From contig CAXVYR010000003.1 in assembly GCA_963666975.2 (NCBI GenBank), positions 1,120,001-1,184,000 on the forward strand: DNA of 64,000 nucleotides, given 5' to 3'. Source of the stretch: Terriglobia bacterium. Its GTDB lineage: Bacteria; Acidobacteriota; Terriglobia; 2-12-FULL-54-10. Of this stretch, positions 45,212 through 55,994 are shown piece after piece; within the stretch, counting starts at the first letter, position 1; the number at the start of each line of letters is the position of its first letter. A program made the translations under genes and the position numbers. The notes under the pieces are model-generated. The model was not told the DNA's origin and ran no database searches. It saw only the letters and a program-made list of their open reading frames with translations.

Positions 45212-45595
45212 ATACGACAACTTGCTCTGTGCGTCGGCATTCCCCTGCTCAGCAGCTTTCCGGAACCACCTTGCCGCTTCCACATAGTCCTGTGTAACAC
45301 CGTAGCCCTCTAAGTACGAAAACGCCAAACTGTACTGTGCGTCGGCATCCCCCTGCTCGGCAGCTTTAAGATAATCCGATAACTTCTCCGACTCGTTCTG
45401 TGGACTGGATTGTGCCAGAACTGCGACCGACAGCAACGCCACGGCCAGGAATACTCGTGGGAAGAGCGTCATATATCCCTCGCCCAATCAGATTGCGCTA
45501 AGTTTACCACGGGGTTTCAGCTGTTCTTACGCTGTTTATCAGTTATCGACCAGCCTCTCACCTCTATCAGTAAAGGGTATCTGTGAGTGATCGGA

Positions 45596-45690
45596 AGGGG
45601 GAGGGGCGGGTCAAATATCTGGGCCGTTCTGCCGGGTACCGTTGTCCTCTTTTTTGTGCGCAGCTGCGAAATAGGGCAGGGGGGAGTGAC
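45596..45690 (+). other. Putative phage cos-like packaging site (HK97/P27 type)
   Basis: GGGGGAGGGGCGGGTCAAAT...TTTTTGTGCGCAGCTGCGAAAT resembles sequences I recall upstream of P27-type terS genes; not verified. Confidence 0.45.
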
Positions 45691-45979
45691 CCAAGCCGAA
45701 CACGGTTTCAGATTATTTATGAAAAAGAAGATCAAATCGCTAACGCAAGCAGAAAAACCGCAATTTGCCCTTCGCGGTAGACAGGAAAAAGTTTCGAGTC
45801 AGAAATTTCCCCAGGTCTATACCAAAAAACTCCAAAGCTAAAAATCCCCCCACGCTGAAGCATAAAGGGGTACGGCGGTCTGACGAGTCCAAGGCACCCC
45901 CCCCTGCGCGGATTCCAAGGCCAAATATCTTCTAAGGAAATACCCAGAGTCCTGCCAATCACATCGAGGGTAATACAGT

Positions 45980-46690
45980 TCAGTGTATCGTCGCGCCACC
46001 GCAGCAGCGTTTGTATTTCTTCCCGGAACCACACGGACACGGATCATTCCGACCAATCTTACCAGTACCGCCGGGTTCGGGTATGTCGGTGCTTAGATAG
46101 TTCTGTCGCTCTGCTCTGAAGTGCCGGTAGGCTGCCAAGAGACCAGCCGCCATTCGCAAGGTGATGTCTTCCCGCTTTTCTTGTCTAATCGGCTTGGGCC
46201 GCATTCCAGGTTCTTCGTCGTGCTCGTGGTAGAGCATTAGAACAGGAATCATCCATCCGCCGTGTTTGTCACTGGTAATGAACTCGGCCCAACCCTCACG
46301 ACGCATTTCAACACCGCGCATGAAGCCGCGAGCCCAATCGTTACCAGGGCAGATGCCGCTCTCGTCCTCCAAGAGAATCGGCACATACACATCATCCTTG
46401 TACAGCGTTGCCGCAATCGCGTTCCAGTGCCGCATCATGAGGCCCAAGATGTCGTTAACTTCGTTGATTTCGTTGAACTCGCAAGTATCCGACATTGCCC
46501 CACCGAACACCTCCGGCAAGTATTCGCTTGGTGGTACGGTTTCTGGACCGGCAATAAGCGCAGCGAAGAATCCATCCAACTCCTCGATGTTCATCGCTCT
46601 ACCACCCTTGCACCCGCTCAAGAACTCTTCAAGGCGGTCGAGTTCGGCGTCCATCAGCGGTTTATTTTGGGCAAAACTCCTCATAGGCAT
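45980..46690 (-). CDS. UPF0149/YecA family protein with SEC-C motif
   Basis: [17 protein letters not shown] and [19 protein letters not shown] motifs. Confidence 0.9.
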   Translation of the reverse strand: MPMRSFAQNKPLMDAELDRLEEFLSGCKGGRAMNIEELDGFFAALIAGPETVPPSEYLPEVFGGAMSDTCEFNEINEVNDILGLMMRHWNAIAATLYKDDVYVPILLEDESGICPGNDWARGFMRGVEMRREGWAEFITSDKHGGWMIPVLMLYHEHDEEPGMRPKPIRQEKREDITLRMAAGLLAAYRHFRAERQNYLSTDIPEPGGTGKIGRNDPCPCGSGKKYKRCCGGATIH

Positions 46691-46895
46691 ATCCTGGCAT
46701 ACTCAATAACTGTTTACAGCAACCCCTCGCCGGTAGTGACATCGCAGCGATCCGCAGCATTATGGCACACGCTGTACCGAGATTTGGCGTGCCTCACCAT
46801 TTCGCCGGCCAAATAGATGTATAACGCCCTAACTGGAAACTGAAACCTTTAACGCTAAAAACATGTGGTTTTCACCCAAGGAGTCCGGCTCGGCT

Positions 46896-47140
46896 TTACC
46901 GGGGGGCGGCTTTTGGCTTGGCTGCTGCGGAAGTAGAAGTTGTTTTTTTGCGCCGCTTTTGGGGTGCAGGTTTGGCGGGAGCCTCGCCAGGCAGTAGTTC
47001 AACCACCATGAGACTGGTGCTGAACTTCTTTGTGTCGTGGAGATCGAATTCTATGGTGGTGCGCTCGGCATTCGACGATGTGACTACACCGAGACCGTAC
47101 TGCTCGTGCCTAAGATACTGAGCTTGCCGGAGAATTTGAA
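46896..47140 (-). CDS. Small DUF3553-like protein
   Basis: YLRHEQYGLGVV...TTIEFD SH3-like motif and basic tail; start uncertain. Confidence 0.5.
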
Positions 47141-47239
47141 CAAAACCTCCTTGACTAACCCGGAAACTGGATGGCCTGACAACAACCAGGGGACACATTG
47201 CGTCGGAATTAACTTTGTGGCTCTCCGGCAGTTGATAGT

Positions 47240-47361
47240 ATACACCCGTTTGCCCCCAGTGGAGCCCTCCTGAAGCCAATGTCGATGCTGAAACCCCCAT
47301 CAATATTGACGTTTTAAGCTAGCAGAAGCTTGCCGCTGTGTTTTCAAAATGGAAATGCGAG
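47240..47361 (-). mobile_element. IS1380 left-end remnant
   Basis: Similar to 42505-42572 (CATCAATATTGACGTT...TTTCAAA.TGGAAATGCG). Confidence 0.7.
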
Positions 47362-47373
47362 ATTAAGACTAAT

Positions 47374-48201
47374 TCATTTGGGCCAGCGTTGGTTACCGTC
47401 TGCCGGATCTCCTCGGCGCTTCGCCTCCGGCATGGCAGCCAGGTAATGGTTCAGGCCAGCAAGGGCTTCCGAGTAGCGATGCAGCCGGAGCAGAAGCATG
47501 GCTTTTTGCTTCAATTCGTCGAGCGATTCCGGATTAAGCGCGAGCGCCGTCTCTGTAATGTTCAAGGCACTGTGGAACTGTCGCGTATTCAGATAAATGC
47601 TCCGCAAGTTGTTCAACATACGGGTGACAATTTGCCGCTTGCCGACGCCTTCCAGATAGGACTTGTGAACCGGCACGGATTCTCCCAGCAACTGCTTCAT
47701 TTGCTCCCAGCAGTCCTCTTCTGTGCGAATGCGTCCTTTGGCAAAGGGGTCGATCAGGATTTTGCAGTGGGGATGCTTAACCAGAAAGTGTCCGGGCATA
47801 CCAACTCCAAACAGGGGAAATTTCAGCCGCCACGCGATCTCAAGGTAAACCGTAGAAAGGGTAATCGGGATTCCAGTTTTGCGCTCCAATACCTCGTTGA
47901 GAAAACTATTGCGGGGATCGTAGTAATCTTCGGAGTTTCCGGAAAATCCCTCTTCCTGGAACAGATATTGATTGATTTCGGCAATGATTTGCCGAGGATC
48001 CGCTGTGGAGCCGATGCGCTGCCGGACCGTTTCTGCCATGGTGTCCAGGCGGCGGATATATTTTCCCCGGTCCAGATCTGGATACTCGCCTGCGGCGATC
48101 AGCAAGGCCGCCTCCGCCAAGTCGATCCTTTCCTCCGGCTGCTGTATCAAGTCCCGCAACAGTTGGCGGGTTTGGGCATGTAGTTCCTGCCGATTTGTCA
48201 T
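47374..48201 (-). CDS. SirB1/transglutaminase-like protein with TPR (C-terminus probably altered)
   Basis: YYDPRNSFLNEVLERKTGIPITLS, GMPGHFL, IDPF and RMLNNL motifs. Confidence 0.85.
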   Translation of the reverse strand: MTNRQELHAQTRQLLRDLIQQPEERIDLAEAALLIAAGEYPDLDRGKYIRRLDTMAETVRQRIGSTADPRQIIAEINQYLFQEEGFSGNSEDYYDPRNSFLNEVLERKTGIPITLSTVYLEIAWRLKFPLFGVGMPGHFLVKHPHCKILIDPFAKGRIRTEEDCWEQMKQLLGESVPVHKSYLEGVGKRQIVTRMLNNLRSIYLNTRQFHSALNITETALALNPESLDELKQKAMLLLRLHRYSEALAGLNHYLAAMPEAKRRGDPADGNQRWPK

Positions 48202-48264
48202 GGAAGACCTCTGGCTCCCGCCAATTGTTCCAAACCACGCAAGGTCATCAAAAGGCTGTTCACC

Positions 48265-48637
48265 TGACCAGACCGATCTTTTTTACCAGCATGACAGTGA
48301 GAGTTTACATCACAGCCGGGGCTGTAAAAGTGGTTTCATTGGCGGGAGAGGGCATAGATCCCCGGCGCCGGGGTCCTATAGCCGAGCGCCAAGTGCGGTC
48401 GAGGCGGACAATTCCCAGATTACTCCGCAAAGTCGCCTAAGTGGCGACCGATCCGGCGGGCAGGATAGGTCGCCACTACGCCGTTACACAGGATCTATCT
48501 TGGCCACTGCCACCTCAAATTGCCTCAACACCGTTACGATCTGCTCCGGTTTATACCTCGGCATCGGCATCTCTATATGTCCTCCTCCATGAGATTCTTT
48601 CTCACTTCGGTTGGTACAGAAATCCCCGGCTCGGTCA
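48265..48637 (-). mobile_element. Internally deleted IS3 derivative (373 bp)
   Basis: Ends TGACCAGACCG and CCGGCTCGGTCA; orfA start MPMPRYKPEQIVTVLRQ truncated. Confidence 0.65.
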
Positions 48638-48656
48638 GACGCTGGCCGGCGGCTTT

Positions 48657-48947
48657 CTAACTTCTATTCTTCCCACCGCCGCCCAGCTCCCCGATATCAA
48701 TCACCTTGCCGCCGCGCCGCACTTCCGGCAGTGACTCACGCTCCGGGGTTTGTGCGCCTTCGAGCTTCTCCATCTCCCGGCTCAGCACAAACAAATCCCG
48801 CTCTGCCTTCACAGCCGCTTTGATCACTGCCGCCTTTGGCGCGTAGCGCCGACGCAGATCGGACACAGCCACCACCACCTGCCCGTGGGCCTCGCTGATC
48901 CGGGCCAGCATTTCCTTCCGCTCGTCTTCGTTCAGGGCCTTACTCAT
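48657..48947 (-). CDS. Hypothetical protein
   Basis: 96-aa helical ORF. Confidence 0.5.
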   Translation of the reverse strand: MSKALNEDERKEMLARISEAHGQVVVAVSDLRRRYAPKAAVIKAAVKAERDLFVLSREMEKLEGAQTPERESLPEVRRGGKVIDIGELGGGGKNRS

Positions 48948-49196
48948 GGCACCACTCTACCACCGCCGCGCCGGCGTCAGCCGCAAACCCTCTGATCGTT
49001 GTCCTTGTCCTTCTCACCGGCACCCTGGGTGCTTCCGCAATCTGGTGTTGTTAACTCTTTCCTATCTCCAACAAACAAAGTTGGTTATGCTAGTTTTACC
49101 ATACTTCAGAACTGCTGTAGCCATTTCTGCCATCAACATATTGAAGATTACAGGGTTATTCTGATTTCACCAACAGTCGATTGCGGAAGCACACTC

Positions 49197-49964
49197 TTAT
49201 TTCCTTTCTGTTACCGTGACCGGAGAACGAAGCTCGAAATCCAACACGGTCTCACTGGCGATAACGGCCGGTTCCCCCCGAGTGGCCAGAACAACACCCG
49301 TGCCAGCTCCCGCACCGGTAGCTGCGCCGATTCCGGCACCCTTTTTCCCGCCGACAATGGCGCCAATGGCGGCGCCTATTCCGCTGCCGATGGCTATTTT
49401 CGTGGCATCCTTGCTTTTCGTACTCTCTCCTTCCACGGCAATGGCATTGGTGGAGACGTCGATAGTCTGTCCGTCAGCTGTCTGCAACCGAGCAAGCTGA
49501 ATGGCGAGCCGAGCGACGCCTTTTACTCGGCCTCCTTCATCGGCCTCGACAATCTGCCCTTCGACCGTTGCGCCCTTGGGGGCAATTAACCAATCTCCTT
49601 CGACCAGGGGCTCTTCCAACGTCGCAGTGAAACTTTCCCCCACCTGGTGCGATTCCGTAGAAAGGGTGCTCGTAGTGCGGACCTTCAACCCAGTTCCTTC
49701 CGCCAGGGTGACAGTGCGGGGCTGCGGCGGAGCAATCTGCTCGGACACTTCGGACTCATTGGCCGACATCCTAGCCGGAGAAGAAGCCGTTGGAGGGGGT
49801 GCTGCGAACTCCATGACCGGGCTGCCAACGGGAGGAGCGGCGCTTTCAGTAGGGTCTTCTGAGCTATTGATCGGGCTGCTTGCCTGTTGACATCCCGCAT
49901 GCAGCACCACAACCGCAAAGGCCAATCTGACCCCCAAGAAAAAACCTGCCTTATCAACCTTCAT
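49197..49964 (-). CDS. Lipoprotein with VirB10/TrbI-like beta domain and glycine zipper
   Basis: HAGC lipobox, TLAEGTGLKVR, GAAIGAIVGGKKGAGIG; AAAGGAGG RBS. Confidence 0.75.
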   Translation of the reverse strand: MKVDKAGFFLGVRLAFAVVVLHAGCQQASSPINSSEDPTESAAPPVGSPVMEFAAPPPTASSPARMSANESEVSEQIAPPQPRTVTLAEGTGLKVRTTSTLSTESHQVGESFTATLEEPLVEGDWLIAPKGATVEGQIVEADEGGRVKGVARLAIQLARLQTADGQTIDVSTNAIAVEGESTKSKDATKIAIGSGIGAAIGAIVGGKKGAGIGAATGAGAGTGVVLATRGEPAVIASETVLDFELRSPVTVTERK

Positions 49965-50157
49965 GGAACTACCTCCTTTAGATTATCCAATATACTGGTT
50001 ACCGACTTGGATTCGCCGGAAGAGACTCTGGCCCGGGCAATTCCAATCTACCCGGTAATGACAACTCTCATCTCCAATTATCCCGCGTTTACCCGCACGC
50101 GACTACCAACTTATTTCATGTTCCAGGGTTCATGGGACTACTCCCCCCCCGGCCAAC

Positions 50158-50697
50158 TGACAAGACCGATTTTTTGTACCAGCGGAAGTGAGAGTTTACA
50201 TCTCAGACTGGGGCTGTGAAACTGTTTTTGGTGCGGGATGGGGAGGGCTTGCTCTGCCCTGGAGCGGAAGGCGCAGCAATTGTCCAGGGGATCGGGACAG
50301 GGTCCTGTCTGCCCTAAAGCGAGTCCCTAAACTGCTGACCACGGGCCTTCCCATCGGCTCTTGCAGACAACTCTCCATTCCTGGAGGATATCGGAATCGT
50401 TTTCTTGGGTGCCGCAGCCTGGGCTATCCCGACGGAAGCGGCAGTCCATCGATCCACCCCAGCATACTGGCAAACAGCCACCGCGTCAGATGGCTCTCCG
50501 CCAGCAGGAGCCAGTATTAACGTGCATGTCTTACGAGCCATCCTCCTGTTTTCACCAACCGCTGCTGCAAGCTCGTCAAGGACCAGTTCCCGATCCTCTG
50601 CGGCAATACCAAGCTTCGCCAAAGGTTCCCCAGATTATAGGCGATCACACTCAGTCACAGACGCACTTCATTGGATCGAAACCGATGGCAGCTTAGC
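50158..50697 (-). mobile_element. IS1380 3' remnant fused to an IS3-type right end
   Basis: Encodes LSCHRFRSNEVRL...LPLPSG of the IS1380 transposase; ends in GGTACAAAAAATCGGTCTTGTCA. Confidence 0.75.
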
Positions 50698-51519
50698 CGC
50701 GTCTTCCGGGAGCAGGTCCAGATGGATTTCCGCGTAGGTCTCCGTGCTACCGCGCCGCCCAACTCCCACGCCTGTTCGGACTGGATAGAGGCGCAAGACC
50801 GATCCGGCGGACACCACCACGTAATCGAGGTTCTCTTCATCTGCTTTGGCGAGCGCGTAGGAAACAGCCGAAAGGTGGGAGAATCGGGCGTTGGGCGCTT
50901 CCGGGGATTCGTTCCTCTCCAAGAAAACTGCGATGGCAACCTTGCTTTCCGCCGCCCGCAGAATGGAGGCCGGACCGGGCAGGGCTTCCAGAGAGAAGCC
51001 GAGTTTCTCTATCAGTGCCTTGCCCCTCAGCTTGAGCAGCGGCTGTGCCTGTCGCTTCGCTTCTTCCCAATCCGGTCTCTTCGGCACCCCGGACTCAAGC
51101 TCGTGCGTAGCAAACAGCCCCTCGTTTCTCAGGCCCGAAAGACGTGCCTCAACTTCTGGAATGGCAGAGTGAAGGAAGCGCAAGGCGGCATGGCGGTCGG
51201 GTTCCTCCAGCGCCGTCCGGCAGATGCGCTCAATCTTTCCTTGATCGAGATTCAGGAAGGCCGGGGGATTCTCACCTGCCGGGCCGCACAACGCCGCCTT
51301 GCCGTCGTAGAGAACCACCAAGACCTCAGGGCTTGCCCTGCCCCCGTGTCGCGCCCTCCAGACCGTCCTGAGCGTCCCTACCGTGGGCGCGCCCGTACTC
51401 TTGGCAATCGCCACTTCCAGGGCGTTTGCTCCCTTACCCAGGGCAAGACCTACGGGCCGGAGGCCGCGTGGCTCTGGCAGAGCCAGGGGGCGTAGATCAT
51501 GGTCTCCCAGAAAACCCAT
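50698..51519 (-). pseudogene. N-terminal fragment of a probable large type IIG-like restriction-modification protein
   Basis: Resembles N-termini of Eco57I-like methylase fusions (from recall); cut at the IS1380 remnant; no MTase motif left. Confidence 0.45.
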
Positions 51520-51601
51520 CGGCAAGGCCGTAACCCTCGATTTCGCAAAAGTACCGGAAGGATAGCCTGCCGAATGGAGGGAATGCAATGGGGATTTGCG
51601 G

Positions 51602-51870
51602 CTAAGGTATGCACCTGCGAAGCCTGGGAGTGCTAATGCCGATAGATGCCCCATCGAGGCCCTTGACGAGCCGACCGATGGGCACCTTGAACACATCGCA
51701 GATGCGGAGAAGGGTGGTAACGGTGATCGGGCGGCCTGCCTCGATCTGTTGCCAGTGTCGAGCCGAAAAGCCGAAAGAAATCATATCCTCTTGGCTGTAT
51801 CCCCTGCTCTGCCGCAGTTTTCGGAGTCTTTGCCCCAAGGAGTGAAAAACTTCGCTTGATCTACCACACG
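51602..51870 (-). pseudogene. XRE-family HTH regulator, likely frameshifted near the N-terminus
   Basis: LGQRLRKLRQSRGYSQEDM...WQQIEAG; the plausible start VVDQAKFF is in another frame. Confidence 0.65.
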
Positions 51871-51871
51871 G

Positions 51872-52999
51872 ATGCTTATAAAGTTTCACGAGCAAAAACA
51901 CCACGACCAGATTAGCGTGGGATCGCCAAATCAGAATGTGACTTGGACGCAAATCCGGGAGGGGCAAGTGGCGCACAATCTTCATATTGAGATCGGGACC
52001 GGCAAGGTTTCCATGATGTATGTCGGCGGAAGTCCTTGGCACGGACTCGGCACCAAGCTGGACAAGCCAGCCACGGCAAAGGAAGCGATTAAGGCTGCCG
52101 GTTTGGATTGGGAGGTTGAGAAAAGGCCGCTCCAAATGACGGGAGACGGAACTGCGGTTCCTATTGACGACAGATACGCGGTCGTTCGAAGCGATCTGTG
52201 GCGGCGAAGGACTAATAAAAACAATAGTACCCCAGAGGAATGCCCTGTGTTCGGAATCGTGGGCAAAGGATACACTCCGCTCCAGAACCGTGAGGCATTC
52301 TCGTTCTTTGACGACATTGTAGGAAAAGGAGCGGCGATATACCACACGGCCGGCGCATTGGGGCAAGGGGAACGCGTCTGGATACTGGCCAAGCTGCCGG
52401 ACTCGATCCGCGTGGCCGACGAGGACATTACGGACAAGTACCTGCTGTTGTCCAATAGCCATGACGGGGGCAGCGCGGTCCAGGTCAAGTTCACTCCAAT
52501 CCGGGTAGTGTGTGAGAACACGCTCACGATGGCCCTCCGCACGGGGACAACCGTTCGTGTGGCACATACCAAAGACGTTCGTCAGTGGCTCAAGGAGGCC
52601 GAAAGGATGCTCGGCTTGATCCATCGCCGCTACGAGGACCTAGAGAAAAAGTTCAAGGCTATGTCTCAAGTGAAAATGGATTCCGACCGTCTCGGGGAGT
52701 ACGTGAGTTTGGTTTTCCCCGAAGCAGAGGTTCAAGAAGAAAGGGCAGCACGAAGGGTCCAGCGGGAGCGCGCTCTTGCACAGCATTTTTTCGAGTCCGG
52801 AAAGGGGAACCAAATGAAGGGCGTTAAAGGAACGCTCTGGGCTGCGTACAACGGTGTAACCGAGTACGTAGACCACCGAGCGACAGGCGGCAAAGACCCT
52901 TCCAGCAGATTGGAATCGGTCTGGTTCGGAAATGGATACCTAATCAAGGTGCGCGCGTTCGAAATTGCGGAAAACAAGTTAGAGCCGTGGCGAGGCTGA
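51872..52999 (+). CDS. DUF932 (phage/plasmid-like) protein; probable start near 51968
   Basis: PWHGLG, AGLDWEV, QNREAFSFFD, NSHDG, PIRVVCENTL and GTLWAAYNGVTEYVDH motifs. Confidence 0.9.
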   Translation: MLIKFHEQKHHDQISVGSPNQNVTWTQIREGQVAHNLHIEIGTGKVSMMYVGGSPWHGLGTKLDKPATAKEAIKAAGLDWEVEKRPLQMTGDGTAVPIDDRYAVVRSDLWRRRTNKNNSTPEECPVFGIVGKGYTPLQNREAFSFFDDIVGKGAAIYHTAGALGQGERVWILAKLPDSIRVADEDITDKYLLLSNSHDGGSAVQVKFTPIRVVCENTLTMALRTGTTVRVAHTKDVRQWLKEAERMLGLIHRRYEDLEKKFKAMSQVKMDSDRLGEYVSLVFPEAEVQEERAARRVQRERALAQHFFESGKGNQMKGVKGTLWAAYNGVTEYVDHRATGGKDPSSRLESVWFGNGYLIKVRAFEIAENKLEPWRG

Positions 53000-53167
53000 G
53001 CCGGAGCGAAGAAGAAAGTTAAGGTAATTTGAATGCTGAGCGGCCCCGCATCTCGAAGGACGGGTATGCTAACCGAGCAGGTCTACATCACGATACCGGC
53101 GCCTTTGGCGGGTCGCCGGTCTGCCTTCGCTGCCTGAGAATATCTACCGTGCTTTGTCACGACCCGG

Positions 53168-53497
53168 TTATGCGCTCAATTCCTTCTCTCGCTCCTGAGC
53201 CCGATACCACGCGACTCGCTGCCGTCCTGCCTCCAACCGTGCCAATAATTCCTCGTCCCAAATATTGACACCGCCGCTGATGTCAGCGTTGATAGCTTGA
53301 ACCGCCTTGCCGTCCCGCCGGTCGGTGAGATACTTCATGGCGTCCAGTACGATCCTGCTATTGTGGCTGCGCAAAAGACGCTGCCAAATCTTCTCCTCGT
53401 CCACCGTCGCCAAGACTCCCTCGGCTTTCGACCGAGTTACCAGCGCCCTTGCTCCAGGTTTCCGACCAGCCCGCGTCCTTTTGCCGCCGTGAGTCAT
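53168..53497 (-). CDS. Small terminase-like phage protein
   Basis: HGGKRTRAGRKPG N-terminus and LTDRRDGKAVQAI motif. Confidence 0.55.
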   Translation of the reverse strand: MTHGGKRTRAGRKPGARALVTRSKAEGVLATVDEEKIWQRLLRSHNSRIVLDAMKYLTDRRDGKAVQAINADISGGVNIWDEELLARLEAGRQRVAWYRAQEREKELSA

Positions 53498-53804
53498 CGA
53501 ATCTTGAAAAGTTGAATAAAATTCAAATCACCACCCCGTTGTTTAGGGCAGCATTGCTCAATCCGAATTATACCCCGTTTGTTCGGCAACCAGGATAGCA
53601 AAGCGGGGCCACACAAGCCCAGGACGACGCAGGAGCCGCGTTGCGGGCCAATTCTGCGCGATTGCGGGCTATTCCTGCATACAACGCGGGTACGCGGTTC
53701 CCTTCTGCCACAGACCAGCATCGAAGTCATGGAAGCAGTTGAAATATCTCAACCAGACTACAAAGGCATCCTGCGCAGCTTCCTGATTGCACCGCCAGCA
53801 AATG

Positions 53805-55005
53805 CTAATCGAGCGGCGGCAAATAGCGGAACCGTGTGGCCTTCCTGGTTACGGGTCCCCCCTTTTCCACGAGATGGAGAATGCCCAGCCTTCGGAGCCC
53901 TTTCAGCCAATCATTTGCAGTTGTTTGGCTTCCCAGATCGAACAATTGCTGCACCGTTCTACAAGCCAAGTAAAAAGGTTTCTCCCCGCTCTTCCTCTGT
54001 AGCTCCCGGCAAATTGTAACCAAGAGAATGATTCGTGGGTCTGCAAACTGAAGTGCTACTTGTGGTGGGCTGACTTTCTTCGCGGTTTCCAGGATTTGAT
54101 TCATTGAGCTTTCCCCGAGCGGTATTCTAGCATCCTCCCATGCGGCCAGGAATTCCAAGAAATATTCATCCCGTGTTTGGTCTGGCTTCAGAAACGGTTC
54201 CGCGTTTCTATGCCACAGGTCAAAGGCGTTTCTAAGAACGTCGTTCGACAGCGCCTCGTTGGGCGGCAGTTTTTCCTCTGTCCGCCAATGATCCTGAAGT
54301 GCGAGCAATGCCCTTGTCAATCTGAAAAGAAAGTCATGATTTTGGCGCTTTTCAGTTGGCATTGATGCTCTGACTGCCTGCTCTATCGAGTAAATTGCAG
54401 TCGGCGAAGTTGGATTATTTTTCTTTCTACTCCCCCCATTCCCCACCACATTTGTGCCATCTATACCTCTGTACCCTCTGTCCCTCTATACCCTCTGTCC
54501 CCTCTGTACACCTGGCCCAAGTCTGCGATAATCCGGCGAGATTGGGGTCAACGATTGGAATCTCACCGGATGGCTCACGGATCCAGCTGTAAATTGGGCC
54601 GTCCGGGTGTCTGGACGGGGGCAGGAGGCAATATCCGCCTTCCCCGCGAAGCTCACCATCTTCGAATTTGTGGGTTCTTACTGCCTTCGCCCGAAAATAT
54701 ACGTGAAATCCTCGCGCCGTTTGCACCGTGGGCAGCGTGGCGGCGTAACCGGGGAATTTCCTTGCCCAGGCTCGGTATGCTTCCACACGGTCAAAATCGC
54801 GGCAACAAAGGTCCCCGGACACCGACCCCAGGATCACAGCCAGTCCTGTGACTTTGGGCGATGAAAAACGTCTGGCGATTTCTCCCGGCCCCATCGGAGT
54901 TGTCTGGTATGGCTTCCAGCTTCTGATGGTTGGCTTCTTGCCTCGGACGGGGATGACCGAGAAGCCTAACCGGGCATACTCAAGAGCGTGCTCTCTGAAC
55001 TCCAT
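53805..55005 (-). CDS. Bifunctional primase-polymerase (54427-55005) plus C-terminal wHTH part (53805-54449); split or frameshifted
   Basis: ALEYARLGFSVIPV, DFD, TARGFHVYF and LLPPSRHPDG motifs. Confidence 0.78.
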
Positions 55006-55029
55006 TTCGTCAGCAGGTGTGCCCTCCGG

Positions 55030-55221
55030 TTAATTTGCTTTTGGGGTCCTGCTCTTGCCGCGCTCGATCAACTGCCGTAGAGCCTCAGGCTCAACCAGCA
55101 CACGGCGGCCTAAGCGGATGGAAGGGAGCTTGCCCTCCGCAATCATCTTCCGCAGGGTCCAGTGGCTCAGGCCGACGGTCTCCCCGGCCTCCCGCAATCC
55201 CAGTGCAAGTTTCGGTTCCAT
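55030..55221 (-). CDS. Excisionase-type HTH protein
   Basis: LGLREAGETVGLS..TLRKMIAEGKLPSIRLGRRVL; GGGAGG RBS. Confidence 0.85.
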   Translation of the reverse strand: MEPKLALGLREAGETVGLSHWTLRKMIAEGKLPSIRLGRRVLVEPEALRQLIERGKSRTPKAN

Positions 55222-55314
55222 TCAAGACCTCCCTAAAAAATCCATTGACTAATATAGACCAACTGGTTTACAGTTGTTCTTAGGAGTCCCAAGTTGGACT
55301 CAGGAGTCTATATT

Positions 55315-55555
55315 ATGAAATCCAAGCGCAAAGGTCAAGAAAAAAAGAAAAGTGCCCCGGACCGGCTTCGGGTCTTTGACCGAAACCAGATCGCTGAAAT
55401 CCTTGGTATTGCTCCTGCGCTAGTCAGAAACTGGAGCACAGGAAAGCCATTCGAAATCAATGCGTCTGTGCGCGCTCCAGGGAAGCGGGGATCAGTAAAT
55501 CTCTATCGGCTTGAGGACGTTTACCTATTTGGGTTAGTCCAGGAATTGGTCGCTG
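55315..55555 (+). pseudogene. Truncated MerR-like HTH regulator divergent from the excisionase
   Basis: FDRNQIAEILGIAPALVRNW; runs into the convergent kinase fragment. Confidence 0.5.
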
Positions 55556-55994
55556 CCTTGATGTTGGCGGGTTTCAAGTGGCCATGCACGAAACCGTTGC
55601 TGTGGACGAAAGCAAGGGCGTCCAGAGTAGGCACGAGCATCTCGCGTGCTTCCTCTGGCGTGAGCGGTCGGTCTGAAAGAACTTGCGACAGGTTTTCTTC
55701 GGCGTACTCCATCACCATGTAGAGCAGCTCCATGTTGCCCGGCTGGCACCTCCCCATCTGGAAGAGCCGGATCAAGTGAGGATGAGATAGTTGCGCAGTT
55801 AGCTTCCACCGGGAGAGTTGAAGTTTCGCGTTTTGTGAATCTGCCGGAATGAGTTTGATCGCGGCTTGTTGAAATTCCCGCTCACCGTACTCCGTCAGGA
55901 ACACAGCGCTGCGTTCGCTGCCACCCAAGTACTGGCGCAGAGGAAACTTCCCATTAACGACTTGGCCTTCCCACTGTTTCGGGGGCTCGGTCAT
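55556..55994 (-). pseudogene. N-terminal fragment of a Ser/Thr kinase-like protein
   Basis: AAIKLI, HPHLIRLF, VMEY and HGHLKPANI motifs, then truncated. Confidence 0.8.

Larger units (their letters stand above)
40521..45472 (-). pseudogene. Second Sel1-repeat gene split by IS4 and IS256 (pieces 45212-45472, 43525-43881, 40521-40597)
   Basis: Pieces rejoin across the target duplications; paralog of 39173-40066. Confidence 0.88.

Noticed and set aside
51872-52624. 340-aa minus-strand ORF 51602-52624 as a full gene
   Set aside because: Mostly the antisense shadow of DUF932; only the C-terminal HTH part looks real.
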